Of a stretch of DNA of 24,822 bases, positions 15,435 to 24,581 are shown in pieces. The first letter of the stretch is position 1, and the number at the start of each line of letters is the position of its first letter. The notes beneath the pieces were generated by a model. It searched no databases. It saw nothing but the letters and a program-made list of their open reading frames with translations, and was not told the origin of the DNA. The translations under genes were made by a program, and so were the position numbers. Source of the stretch: Pedosphaera sp. (GTDB lineage Bacteria; Verrucomicrobiota; Verrucomicrobiia; Limisphaerales; SIBH01). The stretch is from the NCBI GenBank assembly GCA_031414955.1, contig JANOQV010000061.1, positions 1 to 24,822 on the forward strand. The letters run 5' to 3'.

Positions 15435-16526
15435 ATGAAAACCAAGTTCGTAGTCGCCTTCAGCCTCATCGCCAGCCTCGGCCCGCTCACCGCGCGCGCC
15501 GACAGCACCGCCCAAACCCTGCCCTTCACCCAGAACTGGTCCAACCCGGCGCTGATCGTGACCGACGACATCTGGTCGGGCGTGCCGGGCTTCATCGGTT
15601 ATCGTGGTGACGGCTTGACGCCGTTCTCCGGCACCGACCCCGCGACCATCTTTGCCGACGGCACCGGCACTCCGGTGGATGTGATTGCGAACCAGACCAA
15701 CCCCAACACTCAGAACGCCGGCGGCCTCGCGGAATTTGATGGCGGCGTGAATCCCGTGGTAGCACTGCAAGGCTCCACGACGGCGAGCGCACCCTTCCTG
15801 TTGCTGAACCTCACCACGACCGGCCAGCAGAACCTCACCGTCAGTTACAATCTCCGCGATCTGGATGGGTCTGTGGACAATTCCGTCCAGCCGGTCGCGC
15901 TGCATTATCGCGTCGGGAACGTCGGCAGCTTCATCAACGTCGCCGCAGCCTTCGTGGCAGACGCAAGTTCCGGTCCGAGTCTGGCGACCCTCGTCACGCC
16001 GGTCACCTTCACGCTCCCCGCCGCGCTGGACAACCAGCCGCTCATCCAGATCCGGTGGATGACCGCCAATGCCGTCGGCAGCGACGAATGGATCGGCATC
16101 GATGACATCACGGTCACGGGTGAGCCTTACGTGCCTGCGCCAGCCCGGTATTCGATTACCTGGCAGACCACCGACGGTGGCGGCAGCCGGAGCACCGGCG
16201 GCACGTTCGCCCTGAGCAGCACGGCCGGCCAGCCCGAGGCGAGCCCGGAGCCGGCCACGGGCGGCAGCTTCGCGCTGACCGGCGGCTTCTGGTCATTCCT
16301 CGCCGTGCAGACGCCCGGCGCACCGTTGATCTCCGTCGAGCGACTGGAGGCGGACATGCGCGTCTTCTGGCCGCGGCCCGCCACCGGCTTCGTGCTCGAT
16401 CAAAGTCTCACCGTCACCGGCACGTGGTCGCAGGTCGCCTTCCCCTACACGACCAACGCGACGGACATCAGCATCACCGTGCTCGCGCCCACGGGGCACA
16501 GGTTCTACCGGCTGCGCAAATTGTAA
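15435..16526 (+). CDS. Secreted modular protein of unknown function
   Basis: Signal peptide from ATG 15435; beta-rich N-domain ending EWIGIDDITVTG; YSITWQTTDGGG...GGFWS module; C-terminal WP...GFVL...FYRLRK module. Confidence 0.8.
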   Translation: MKTKFVVAFSLIASLGPLTARADSTAQTLPFTQNWSNPALIVTDDIWSGVPGFIGYRGDGLTPFSGTDPATIFADGTGTPVDVIANQTNPNTQNAGGLAEFDGGVNPVVALQGSTTASAPFLLLNLTTTGQQNLTVSYNLRDLDGSVDNSVQPVALHYRVGNVGSFINVAAAFVADASSGPSLATLVTPVTFTLPAALDNQPLIQIRWMTANAVGSDEWIGIDDITVTGEPYVPAPARYSITWQTTDGGGSRSTGGTFALSSTAGQPEASPEPATGGSFALTGGFWSFLAVQTPGAPLISVERLEADMRVFWPRPATGFVLDQSLTVTGTWSQVAFPYTTNATDISITVLAPTGHRFYRLRKL

Positions 16527-16539
16527 TGCGCCCGTGCCA

Positions 16540-16609
16540 CGGAGCGCCGAGCATCGCTCGGCCCGAGATGACAACTGGCGTATCGCGCCGAGCGATGCTC
16601 GGCGCTCCG
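16540..16609. repeat. GGAG-type REP doublet at operon end
   Basis: Perfect 23-bp inverted repeat CGGAGCGCCGAGCATCGCTCGGC (16540-16562 / 16587-16609), each arm self-palindromic. Confidence 0.85.
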
Positions 16610-16662
16610 CACCACCACCGGTAATGTCTACGCGCATTGCAAGTTCAAGACCAGCCGCCATC

Positions 16663-17826
16663 ATGTCCGCCATTCAAACCATGTGGATGACCCTCATCTT
16701 CGGCGGGACGGCGGCGCTGTTTCTGGCCATGACCATCGCCCTGCTCCGGCAGTTGCGCTGGGTGCGGCGATTGCCGGCGCTCGACACGTTCGCGGCGAAG
16801 GAGCGTCGTGTCCGGTGCTCGGTCGTCATCGCCGCGCGGGATGAGGAAGCGCGGATTGAGCAAACCGTGCGTCACTTGCTCGCGCAACGCGGGGTCGAGT
16901 TGGAAATCATTGTCGTGGATGATCGTTCTGCGGATCGCACCGGTGACATTCTTCGGCGATTGGCGAACGACGACGCGCGGTTCCAGGTGAAGCGCGTGGA
17001 CGTGTTGCCCGAAGGCTGGCTGGGCAAGTGTCACGCTTGCCACGTCGGTGCGGGCGCGGCCACGGGTGACTGGATTCTTTTCACTGATGCTGATTGCTGG
17101 TTGAAACCCGACGTGCTCGCGCGCGCCCTGCTTGTCGCCGAACGCGAGCAAGCCGATCATGTGACGATGGCAGCAGGCACGGTTCTCAGCAGTCCAGCGG
17201 CCCGAGCCTGGTATCTGCTTTTTCTGGCAGGTCTGGGAGGCTGGTTTGCCAACGTGAACCGGGACCGGCCCAAATCACACGTCGGCATCGGCGCTTTCAA
17301 CCTCGTCCGAGCCACCGCCTACCGGCAGTGCGGCGGCTACGAAGCGCTGCGTCTGACCGTGGTGGATGACATCAAGCTTGGCCTGCTCCTGAGCCGCGCC
17401 GGTAAACGGACCCGCGCCTTCCTCGGCGCGGACGACGTGGAGTGCCACTGGGCCACGACCGTCTTGGGCATGGTGAAGATCATGGAGAAGAATTATTTCG
17501 CGGCGCTGGATTACCGGCTTGGGCTGGCGCTGGCCGGGAGCGTGGCTGTGATTCTTGTCTGCGTCCTTCTCGTCCTCGGACTGGTTTCCGGGACGCCCGC
17601 CGGAATCGTTGCCGGACTGTCGCCGCTTTCGCTCATCCTGCCGGCGGCAATTCTGGCGCGGCGCGTGGGCTGGTCCTGGCCTTGCGCGATCTGGATGCCG
17701 TTCATGTTCCCCGTCTTCTGGTATGCGCTGGCCAACTCGGCGTTCGTCACGCTGCGCCAGGGCGGCATCCGCTGGCGCGAGACGTTCTATCCGCTGGCCA
17801 CCTTGCGCGCCGGGAACGTGCAATGA
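16663..17826 (+). CDS. Membrane-bound GT2 glycosyltransferase (HpnB/CrtQ-like)
   Basis: SVVIAARDEE, IVVDDRSADRT, LPEGWLGKCHA, DxD motif FTDAD, VVDD; N- and C-terminal TM helices; start 16663 or 16681. Confidence 0.9.
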   Translation: MSAIQTMWMTLIFGGTAALFLAMTIALLRQLRWVRRLPALDTFAAKERRVRCSVVIAARDEEARIEQTVRHLLAQRGVELEIIVVDDRSADRTGDILRRLANDDARFQVKRVDVLPEGWLGKCHACHVGAGAATGDWILFTDADCWLKPDVLARALLVAEREQADHVTMAAGTVLSSPAARAWYLLFLAGLGGWFANVNRDRPKSHVGIGAFNLVRATAYRQCGGYEALRLTVVDDIKLGLLLSRAGKRTRAFLGADDVECHWATTVLGMVKIMEKNYFAALDYRLGLALAGSVAVILVCVLLVLGLVSGTPAGIVAGLSPLSLILPAAILARRVGWSWPCAIWMPFMFPVFWYALANSAFVTLRQGGIRWRETFYPLATLRAGNVQ

Positions 17827-17896
17827 GCAAAGGGCGGCTCGATGTCAGGACCATCTGCATGGTCTGGTAAATTTTTTACCGCGACTCCCCTCGTCA

Positions 17897-18400
17897 TCAC
17901 GCGTCGATGGGCAGCCACACCGTCAGGATTCGGAATGACACCAGGGCCATGGGCGGCACAGCGAGCACGGCCACGCCCCAGGCGACACGCCGGCGCACGG
18001 ACCAGTTCGTCCACAGGCGCAGGCCGAAGCCCAGGAGCAGCACCGGGACGAGCCAACTCGCCGCGCTCAACATCCATTGTTTAAGCGACGGCGCGGCCCG
18101 GGCCGGGCGCTGCAAGTGAAGCGCGTGTTCGTGACCGAGGTGAACAGCCAAGGCGGACACACGGACGAGGGCGGCGATCGCGACGAGCAAGAGAATGATG
18201 CCTGCGGCTTGCCGTAGCGCAGGCGCAGTGTTGTCTCTCGCCAGAACCAGGCCGGTGAGCAGAAGGCCCAACGCCACCGGGAAGAGCGGAATCGCCAGCA
18301 GCCCAATCATGACGAACGAGAACAGGACGGTGGACGCCGCCACACCAGCCAGGCCCAGTGCCATCAGGAACTCCCCGCGACGAATCAGTGATGTGTTCAT
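17897..18400 (-). CDS. Hypothetical integral membrane protein
   Basis: 167 aa with about 5 hydrophobic segments; co-oriented behind the 18476-18946 gene. Confidence 0.65.
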   Translation of the reverse strand: MNTSLIRRGEFLMALGLAGVAASTVLFSFVMIGLLAIPLFPVALGLLLTGLVLARDNTAPALRQAAGIILLLVAIAALVRVSALAVHLGHEHALHLQRPARAAPSLKQWMLSAASWLVPVLLLGFGLRLWTNWSVRRRVAWGVAVLAVPPMALVSFRILTVWLPIDA

Positions 18401-18475
18401 TTCAATCGATCCTACCGCGCGTTACTCACCCGGCACATCGGAGCCAAGGCCGGTCACTGGTCTGGCGGGGAAGGT

Positions 18476-18946
18476 TCACAACTTCTTCTTCCCCACCTGC
18501 ACGCTGCCATCGCTCAGTCCGACGTGGCCGTGGATGGGGCAGGTGGTGAATGGCTGTTGCGGATCGGAGTCCTTTCCATTCGGGTTCAGGTATTGGTAGC
18601 TGATTGCCGAGGGGTTCAACTCCGCCCATGTCGTGGCCTGTGTGCTGGCGGGCGCGTTCGGACAGAACAAAATCTTGGGTGTCACCAGTTCGACTTTCAT
18701 CGAGGGCAGGTCCGGCGGAAAAACTTTTCCGTGATCGGCAGCATACAGCCGCAGGGCCAGACCGATTTGTTTCAGGTTGTTGACGCACGCGATGGCCTGC
18801 GCCCGATCCTTGGCCTTCTCCATCAGGTCCGGCGTGACCTTGAAGGCCCCGGCCGCCCGCTGTTGCCTGGCCTGTTGCCAGAAATAAACATTCAGTCCCA
18901 CGCTCGCCGTGAGCGCCAGGCCGAGCAGAATGGTCACCGGTTTCAT
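18476..18946 (-). CDS. Membrane-anchored pseudopilin-like (DUF1559-related) protein
   Basis: N-terminal TM, AKDRAQAIACVNNLKQIGLALRLY, LFCP, SYQY, GHVGLSDGSV; start set at ATG 18946. Confidence 0.8.
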   Translation of the reverse strand: MKPVTILLGLALTASVGLNVYFWQQARQQRAAGAFKVTPDLMEKAKDRAQAIACVNNLKQIGLALRLYAADHGKVFPPDLPSMKVELVTPKILFCPNAPASTQATTWAELNPSAISYQYLNPNGKDSDPQQPFTTCPIHGHVGLSDGSVQVGKKKL

Positions 18947-18978
18947 CGTTTCGTTCCTTGCGTGTTCATTGCACCCCC

Positions 18979-19007
18979 TACTACAGAAATGGCGGCCTCT
19001 GGTTACA
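18979..19007 (-). promoter_or_regulatory. Possible ECF-type promoter of the pseudopilin-like gene
   Basis: Minus strand TGTAACC...TTTCTGTAGTA with an AAC-containing -35-like box, divergent from an ECF gene; single copy only. Confidence 0.3.
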
Positions 19008-19070
19008 GCGCAATCTGGTGCAAAGTTCAGCCGCGCTCGGGCCAGCGCAATACGAATGGCCTTGGCGTGA

Positions 19071-19098
19071 TTGACCCCGTGCCGGTAATGCCTACGCT
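19071..19098 (+). promoter_or_regulatory. Possible sigma70-type promoter of the second ECF gene
   Basis: TTGACC-N16-TACGCT, 31 nt upstream of ATG 19130. Confidence 0.35.
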
Positions 19099-19129
19099 GC
19101 CGGGCAGAAACAACCAACGCACCAACACC

Positions 19130-19816
19130 ATGCCAGCCTCGCCACCCAACGAAAATCCTGCGGCGTCCGGCGTTGGGCAGTTCAACACGACGCATTGGAG
19201 CGTGGTGCTGCTGGCGGGCGAATCCGCAGCGCCGCACGCGGACGCCGCCCTGGACAAGTTGTGCGGTACGTACTGGTATCCGCTCTACGCCTATGTGCGG
19301 CGGGCCGGGCACAGTCCCGAGGACGCGCAGGATTTGACGCAGGAATTCTTCGCGCGGCTGCTGGAGAAGAACTACCTGAAGCTCGCCTCGCAGGAACGGG
19401 GGCGGTTCCGATCGTTTCTGCTCAAATCGCTCCAGCATTTTCTCGTGAACGAATGGGTGCGCGGCCAGGCGCAGAAACGCGGCGGCGGTCAGAAACTCCT
19501 GTCATTGGACGAAGAGGCCGGCGAGCGGAGTTATCTGCAGGAGCCGGCGGAGCAGCTTCCGCCCGAGAGCCTTTACGACAAGCGCTGGGCCATGACTCTG
19601 TTGGATCGGGCCATGGAACAGTTGCGGGTGGATTACGCCGCCGCCGGGAAGCGCGAACTCTTCGACCCATTGAAGAGTCTGTTGTTGAGCGAAGGCTCCG
19701 CGCAGGTCTATGGCGAGTTGGCTGGTCCGCTGGGCCTGAGCGAAGGCCACTCGCAGCGATGTCGTGGAAACTCTTCGCGTTGGAAAGGCAGGGCGCGCCG
19801 CTCCGCGCGAGCCTGA
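19130..19816 (+). pseudogene. ECF sigma factor (FxTTHW N-terminal type) with truncated sigma4 region
   Basis: FNTTHWSVV, YWYPLYAYVRR, EDAQDLTQEFF, GRFRSFLL, YGELAGPLGLSEG; after 19747 the expected recognition helix is replaced by unrelated sequence ending in a REP doublet. Confidence 0.75.
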
Positions 19817-19871
19817 ATGTGCCGTTGCTTGTCGCACGGCTAACGGCGCGCGCGGAGAAACGCGCCCTGGC
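19787..19871. repeat. Degenerate GTAG/GCAG-type REP doublet
   Basis: Arms 19787-19813 and 19845-19871 inverted 22/27. Confidence 0.65.
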
Positions 19872-19876
19872 AACTC

Positions 19877-20260
19877 ATGAAACCGAACCTCGTTCGCCCT
19901 CTGCTCGGTAGCGTATTGGCCTGCCTGCTCTTGAGCGGGTGCCAGGTTACGCGATGGAATGAAGGGCCGCAGATTTACACCATCCATCCGGCGCCGCCGT
20001 TTCTCACGGAGGCACTGGCGTTGGAAAAGGCCCGCGAAACGTTAGCCAGGGACGGCTTCAGTTTGGACGAATGGCCGATCATGAAAACCGATGCGCCGAA
20101 GGGCAAGACGCCGGACGGCACACGCGACAAGTATTTCGATCGCTTCAGCTTCCGGCCTCACGCGGGACGTGTTCACTTCAGCAATGGGAAGAAAACTCGC
20201 TCTTACGACGTTTCGCTCGACGGTGACCGCGTGACCTGTACGCGCTTCCGTGGGCATTGA
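19877..20260 (+). CDS. Small putative lipoprotein
   Basis: 127 aa, signal peptide II with lipobox LSGC. Confidence 0.7.
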   Translation: MKPNLVRPLLGSVLACLLLSGCQVTRWNEGPQIYTIHPAPPFLTEALALEKARETLARDGFSLDEWPIMKTDAPKGKTPDGTRDKYFDRFSFRPHAGRVHFSNGKKTRSYDVSLDGDRVTCTRFRGH

Positions 20261-20404
20261 TCGGCGAGTCGCATTGATGTCTCTACGACAAACCGCAGAA
20301 GTACTGCCGCGTCCGTCATCCGCAGACCATCCGCTCACGGCTGGCGACGAGCACGTTCGAAAAACTCCTGGCACCGTCAGCGGGGAACGCCTTTGAGATG
20401 GAGT

Positions 20405-23400
20405 TCAATCCACAAAGGCGAACTCGTTGGCCAGCAGCAGCACCTGGGCGTATTGCTCCCACGCGGTGAGGTATTGCGGGGCGGGGCGGGGGCCATCGAA
20501 CTCTGCGCGCGCGTCCCAAGTCGTGGTCTTGTCCTTCATCACCGGCGCCCAGAGAAACTGGTCGGCGTTCAACGTGCCGCCGATATCCACGATGAAGTCG
20601 AGCGTGTCACCGGCCTGCACAAGGACGTTCGTCGCGGTCATGGCGGTCTTGGTCTTGTGAACCGTGGCTGTCTGCAACTCACCGTCGCGGCTCGACACAA
20701 TGAAGCCCCGCACGCCATCGCCCTGCTCAGGTTCGTGCTTGAGCGTGCCGGAGATGTTCAAGGTCGCGTCGCGCGGAGCAATCCAACGGCGGACACAGGC
20801 GTGGGCGCGCGTGTTGCCGGGATGACCGCCCTCGGCCGTGACCTGCGCCCAGCCAGTCTCACCGCCCGGCCATGCGGTCGCGCCCTGCCACGCGGAGCCG
20901 GTGAAGTGCGGCAGCGGCGTGAAGGACTTCAATTGCTTCGTCGTGTCATCGTATTCGCCCGTGCCGTAGCGCCACTGCGTTTCGCGCACCGGCGGTGGCG
21001 CGGGAGTAGCGTCACCCGCGGCGGCTTTGATGAAGCGCAGGGCGGCGGCGACTTCACTCCTTGTCGCGCTGCGCTGGTAGAGCGTCTGATGAAGCTGTTG
21101 CACGCGTTGCTCTGGCGATTTGTCCGTGAGTTGCTTCGCCAGCGCCTTGGCGCGTGCGGCGGCAAACTTGCCGTTCAGGAAAAAGAGGGCCTGCTGCGGC
21201 ACCGTCGTCTCGTGACGCACGGCGACGTGGATGTCGGGATTGGCGAAGTCAAAGGTGCGGAACGTGCCGGGCAGGAATTGGCGATCCACGAACGCATAGA
21301 TCGTGCGGCGCTTGTTCCCCGCGTCGAGCAGTTCGGCGGGCTTCCCCCCCATGCTCGCATCGAGTTCGCCGCTCACCGCGAGCATCGCATCGCGGACTTG
21401 TTCGAACCCCAGGCGGTGAATCGGGAAGTGCGAGAGCAGCCGGTTGTCCGCGTCTGTCGCTGATGGTTTGCCGGGAAGCGAACTCTGTTGATACACGGCG
21501 CTCGACAGAATCAGCCGGTGCATCGCCTTCACGCTCCAGCCCTCGGCGATAAAACGCCGCGCCAGCCAGTCGAGCAGTTCGGGATGACTCGGCGCCTCCG
21601 CGCGCAAGCCGAAGTCGCTCGGCGTCTTCACCAGCCCGGTGCCGAAGTGGTGTTGCCAGATGCGGTTCACCAGCACGCGCGCGGTGAGCGGGTTGTCGGG
21701 GCTGGCGATGGCTCGGGCGAGTTCGAGCCGGCCGCTGCCCGTCTGAAACGGCTCGCGCTTCGGGCCGGAAATCACTTCGAGGAACTGGCGCGGGACTTCC
21801 TCGCCGAGACGCGACGCGCTGCCGCGTTTGAACACGCGCGGGTTCGGCTCCGGTTCGCGATCCGCGAGAATGAGCGCGGCGGGCGTGCCCAGCGCGATGA
21901 GCCGGCGGTCCACGTCGCTGCTCAGTTTCCACAGTTCCTCGCAGACGGTGGTGGGGAAGAAGAACTCCGTGTTCGCAACGCCGGTGTCCGGCACCACCGC
22001 GGGCGAGTTCGCGTCGTAAAGGAAGCGCCGCAGCTCCTCGCTCGCATCGTCGCCGAGTTTCGCCGGGGCGGGAGCGCCGTTGGTTTTGGCTGCCGCGAGC
22101 GCGGTCTTCCACTCGTCATCCACGGACTTGAACACATTTCCGTAACGCTTCGCCGCGTCGCGCAGGCTGGTCACCGGCTTTGAAAATTCGCCGGCGATGA
22201 GCCGGTTGAGATTCGTTTGCGCGAGCACCGGTGCGAGCGCGACGGCGGCGGCCTTCTCGAAGCCGGCCTCGGAAACTCCCTTCAGTTTTGCGAGCGAATG
22301 CCACGGCGCGAAAATCGGGTGGGGCGCGGATTCTGTCTGGTGCAGGAAGTCACGCCAGCGCCGCACGGAGAAGGGGATGAGATCGTTGGTGGAGAGAAGC
22401 TGGTCGAAGCCTTCCTCCGGGTAGTTCTTCAACTCAAGCTGCGCAGCGAGGTAGTCGCCGACGCGGGCGCGCAGGCGGGCGTTGGCTTCGCCCCGGCGCT
22501 GGGCGAGCTGGTCGGAGAATTTACGCCGCCTGTCTGCGAGTTCTTTGTCATCGGACGCGGCGAGCGGCACGAGTTGGTCATCGGCCCCGTGGAAGACGCC
22601 GTAGAGCGAATAATAGTCCGCCGTGGGAACCGGATCATACTTGTGATCATGGCAGCGCGCGCAAGCGACGGTCAGCGCCATCGTGCCGCGCGTTACCACG
22701 TCGATGCGGTCGTCGATGATGTCGTGCGTGACGCCGATGAAGCGGCGGCCACCGGTGATGAAACCCATCGCGACCAGATCGGGCGAGCCTGCGGGCGCGA
22801 GTTGATCGGCGGCAAGCTGGAGCAACAGGAAGCGGTCGTAAGGCAGGTCGTCGTTGAAGGCGCGAATCACCCAGTCGCGATACGCGGGCGCATGGACGAA
22901 GCGCCGTTCCTCGCGTCCGTAAACGTAGCCCTTGGTGTCCGAGTAGCGCGCCACGTCCAGCCAGTGCCGCCCCCAGCGCTCCCCGTAACGCGGGCTGGCG
23001 AGCAGGCGGTCGATGAGTTGGTCCATGGCGGCCGGTCGATTCTTGGCCGCCGCCTTGATAAACTGTTCCATCTGGTCGTTCGTCGGCGGAAGTCCGGTGA
23101 GATCAAAACTCATCCGGCGAAACAATGTTCTCGGGTCGGCTTCTGGAGTGGGCGCGACGCCGGCGGCATCCAGCCTTGCGAGAATGAAGCGATCGAGGTC
23201 CGTCTGCACCCAGCGTGAGTTCTTTACCTTGGGCGGCGTGACAGCGCGCGGCGGGTGAAAGGCCCAATGCTCGCGCGCATCCGGCGGCGGCTTGGTGTCA
23301 GCCAAAACAGTGAGCGCGGCAAATACCAGCACCGCCACGCACCAAGCGACGGCGAAAGGCACCGGAGTGCTTGGCTCCTGGCTCGATCCAAACATGGCTT

Positions 23401-23413
23401 TCGCGCGCTTCAT
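20405..23413 (-). CDS. DUF1549 (PSCyt2) + DUF1553 (PSD1) domain protein
   Basis: HWAF, LFRRMSFDLTGLPPT, YGERWGRHWLDVARYSDT, CARCHDHKYDP, NPLTARVLVNRIWQHHFG, PSHPELLDWLA, C-terminal NEFAFVD; start 23413 or 23395. Confidence 0.93.
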   Translation of the reverse strand: MKRAKAMFGSSQEPSTPVPFAVAWCVAVLVFAALTVLADTKPPPDAREHWAFHPPRAVTPPKVKNSRWVQTDLDRFILARLDAAGVAPTPEADPRTLFRRMSFDLTGLPPTNDQMEQFIKAAAKNRPAAMDQLIDRLLASPRYGERWGRHWLDVARYSDTKGYVYGREERRFVHAPAYRDWVIRAFNDDLPYDRFLLLQLAADQLAPAGSPDLVAMGFITGGRRFIGVTHDIIDDRIDVVTRGTMALTVACARCHDHKYDPVPTADYYSLYGVFHGADDQLVPLAASDDKELADRRRKFSDQLAQRRGEANARLRARVGDYLAAQLELKNYPEEGFDQLLSTNDLIPFSVRRWRDFLHQTESAPHPIFAPWHSLAKLKGVSEAGFEKAAAVALAPVLAQTNLNRLIAGEFSKPVTSLRDAAKRYGNVFKSVDDEWKTALAAAKTNGAPAPAKLGDDASEELRRFLYDANSPAVVPDTGVANTEFFFPTTVCEELWKLSSDVDRRLIALGTPAALILADREPEPNPRVFKRGSASRLGEEVPRQFLEVISGPKREPFQTGSGRLELARAIASPDNPLTARVLVNRIWQHHFGTGLVKTPSDFGLRAEAPSHPELLDWLARRFIAEGWSVKAMHRLILSSAVYQQSSLPGKPSATDADNRLLSHFPIHRLGFEQVRDAMLAVSGELDASMGGKPAELLDAGNKRRTIYAFVDRQFLPGTFRTFDFANPDIHVAVRHETTVPQQALFFLNGKFAAARAKALAKQLTDKSPEQRVQQLHQTLYQRSATRSEVAAALRFIKAAAGDATPAPPPVRETQWRYGTGEYDDTTKQLKSFTPLPHFTGSAWQGATAWPGGETGWAQVTAEGGHPGNTRAHACVRRWIAPRDATLNISGTLKHEPEQGDGVRGFIVSSRDGELQTATVHKTKTAMTATNVLVQAGDTLDFIVDIGGTLNADQFLWAPVMKDKTTTWDARAEFDGPRPAPQYLTAWEQYAQVLLLANEFAFVD

Positions 23414-23476
23414 GGTGATGGCTGTGCAGAGAAACTGATCGCAAGAGGCGGCGAGGTCAACATTCCAATTCCTTGA

Positions 23477-23671
23477 GAGCTTGTCTGAAAAGTCACTGGT
23501 GCAGCGAAAGCGGCCCGCCCCGGAGTGCGCCCGTCCTCGGGCGCAGCAAGGTGCGAACATCAGCGGGTATGGGATTTTCCGACGCGCTCCCAGTCATCAC
23601 GTTGCTGCGCCCGAGGACGGGCGCACTTCGGGGCGGGTTGCCGCCGCCGCCTCACCGCATTTTCAGACAGG
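23477..23671. mobile_element. MITE-like element carrying a GGAG-type REP doublet
   Basis: Outer IR CTTGTCTGAAAA (23480-23491) / TTTTCAGACAGG (23660-23671) 11/12; inner arms 23514-23549 / 23602-23637 inverted 35/36. Confidence 0.65.
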
Positions 23672-23728
23672 AGGATTTCGACGAGTAATCCGCGGACGAG
23701 GGAAGCCGGGACGATTCAACCTGCGCGC

Positions 23729-24523
23729 CTACTCATCTTCGGAATCCGCGAAGAAGCCCGTGTCGGCGCAGATGCCGCGGCGCGTCGTGGCGACGAAGTC
23801 GAGCATGACCTGCGCGGCCGGGCTTTTGAAATCCTCGCGCGCTTCTTCGACGGCTTCGCGCAGCTTGCGGCCGCCGCGGAAGAGAATCAGGTAAAGACGC
23901 TTCAACTCGCGGCGCTGCTCCGGGGGGAAGCCCGCGCGGCGCAACCCGATGGTGTTCAGGCCGCAGATGCCGTTGTTGTCGCGCGCCACGGTGTAGGGCG
24001 GCAGATCCAGGCTGATGCCCGAGCCACCCTGCATCATGGCCAGAGTGCCCACGCGCACGAACTGATGCAGCAGGCAGGTGCCGGAGATGAACACCCGGTC
24101 GGCCACGGTCACATGGCCGCCCAGCAGGGCCCCGTTGGCCATGATGATGTGGTTGCCGACCTGCGAGTTGTGTCCCACATGGCTGTTGGCCATCAGGAAA
24201 TTATTCGAGCCGACCACGGTGTCCTCCTCCAGACTGTTCGACCGATGCACCGTGACGTGCTCGCGAAACACGTTGTCATCGCCGATGCGGACGCGGGTCG
24301 GTTCGCCCCGGTAGCGCAGATCCTGCGGCGCCTCGCCGATGACCGCGCCGGGGAAAATCTGGTTGCGCTGTCCGATGCTGGTTTGCCCGGTGAGATAGAC
24401 GTGCGGGCCGACGACACAATCGTCGCCCAGGATCACGCCCTCATCGATGACAGCGTAGGCCCCGACCCGGGTGTTGGCACCGAGTTGAGCTTTTGGATGA
24501 ATGACTGCGGTTGAATGAATCAT
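23729..24523 (-). CDS. lpxA: Acyl-ACP--UDP-N-acetylglucosamine O-acyltransferase
   Basis: MIHSTAVIHPKA start, hexapeptide repeats, GEAPQDLRY, FREHVTVHR, MANSHVGHN (catalytic His region), GGHV, HQFVRVG, GLNTIGLRR. Confidence 0.9.
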   Translation of the reverse strand: MIHSTAVIHPKAQLGANTRVGAYAVIDEGVILGDDCVVGPHVYLTGQTSIGQRNQIFPGAVIGEAPQDLRYRGEPTRVRIGDDNVFREHVTVHRSNSLEEDTVVGSNNFLMANSHVGHNSQVGNHIIMANGALLGGHVTVADRVFISGTCLLHQFVRVGTLAMMQGGSGISLDLPPYTVARDNNGICGLNTIGLRRAGFPPEQRRELKRLYLILFRGGRKLREAVEEAREDFKSPAAQVMLDFVATTRRGICADTGFFADSEDE

Positions 24524-24581
24524 TGCGCGGCCCCAGATGAACATGGAAGAGCCGGGATTGAAAAGGGCATTTCTGGCGGGT

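Noticed and set aside
17823..17870. 15-codon ORF coupled by ATGA to the GT2 stop
   Set aside because: Too short with no recognisable motif; cannot be supported as a gene or remnant
18524..19129. 200-aa N-terminal extension of the second ECF, and similar extensions of ORFs starting at 12307, 16534, 23560 and 24610
   Set aside because: The extensions overlap opposite-strand genes, promoters or REP elements; downstream ATGs give family-typical N-termini
20278..20404. Coding-like run LYDKPQKYCRVRHPQTIRSRLATSTFEKLL between convergent genes
   Set aside because: No credible start or recognisable family; could be a fragment but cannot be supported without a search
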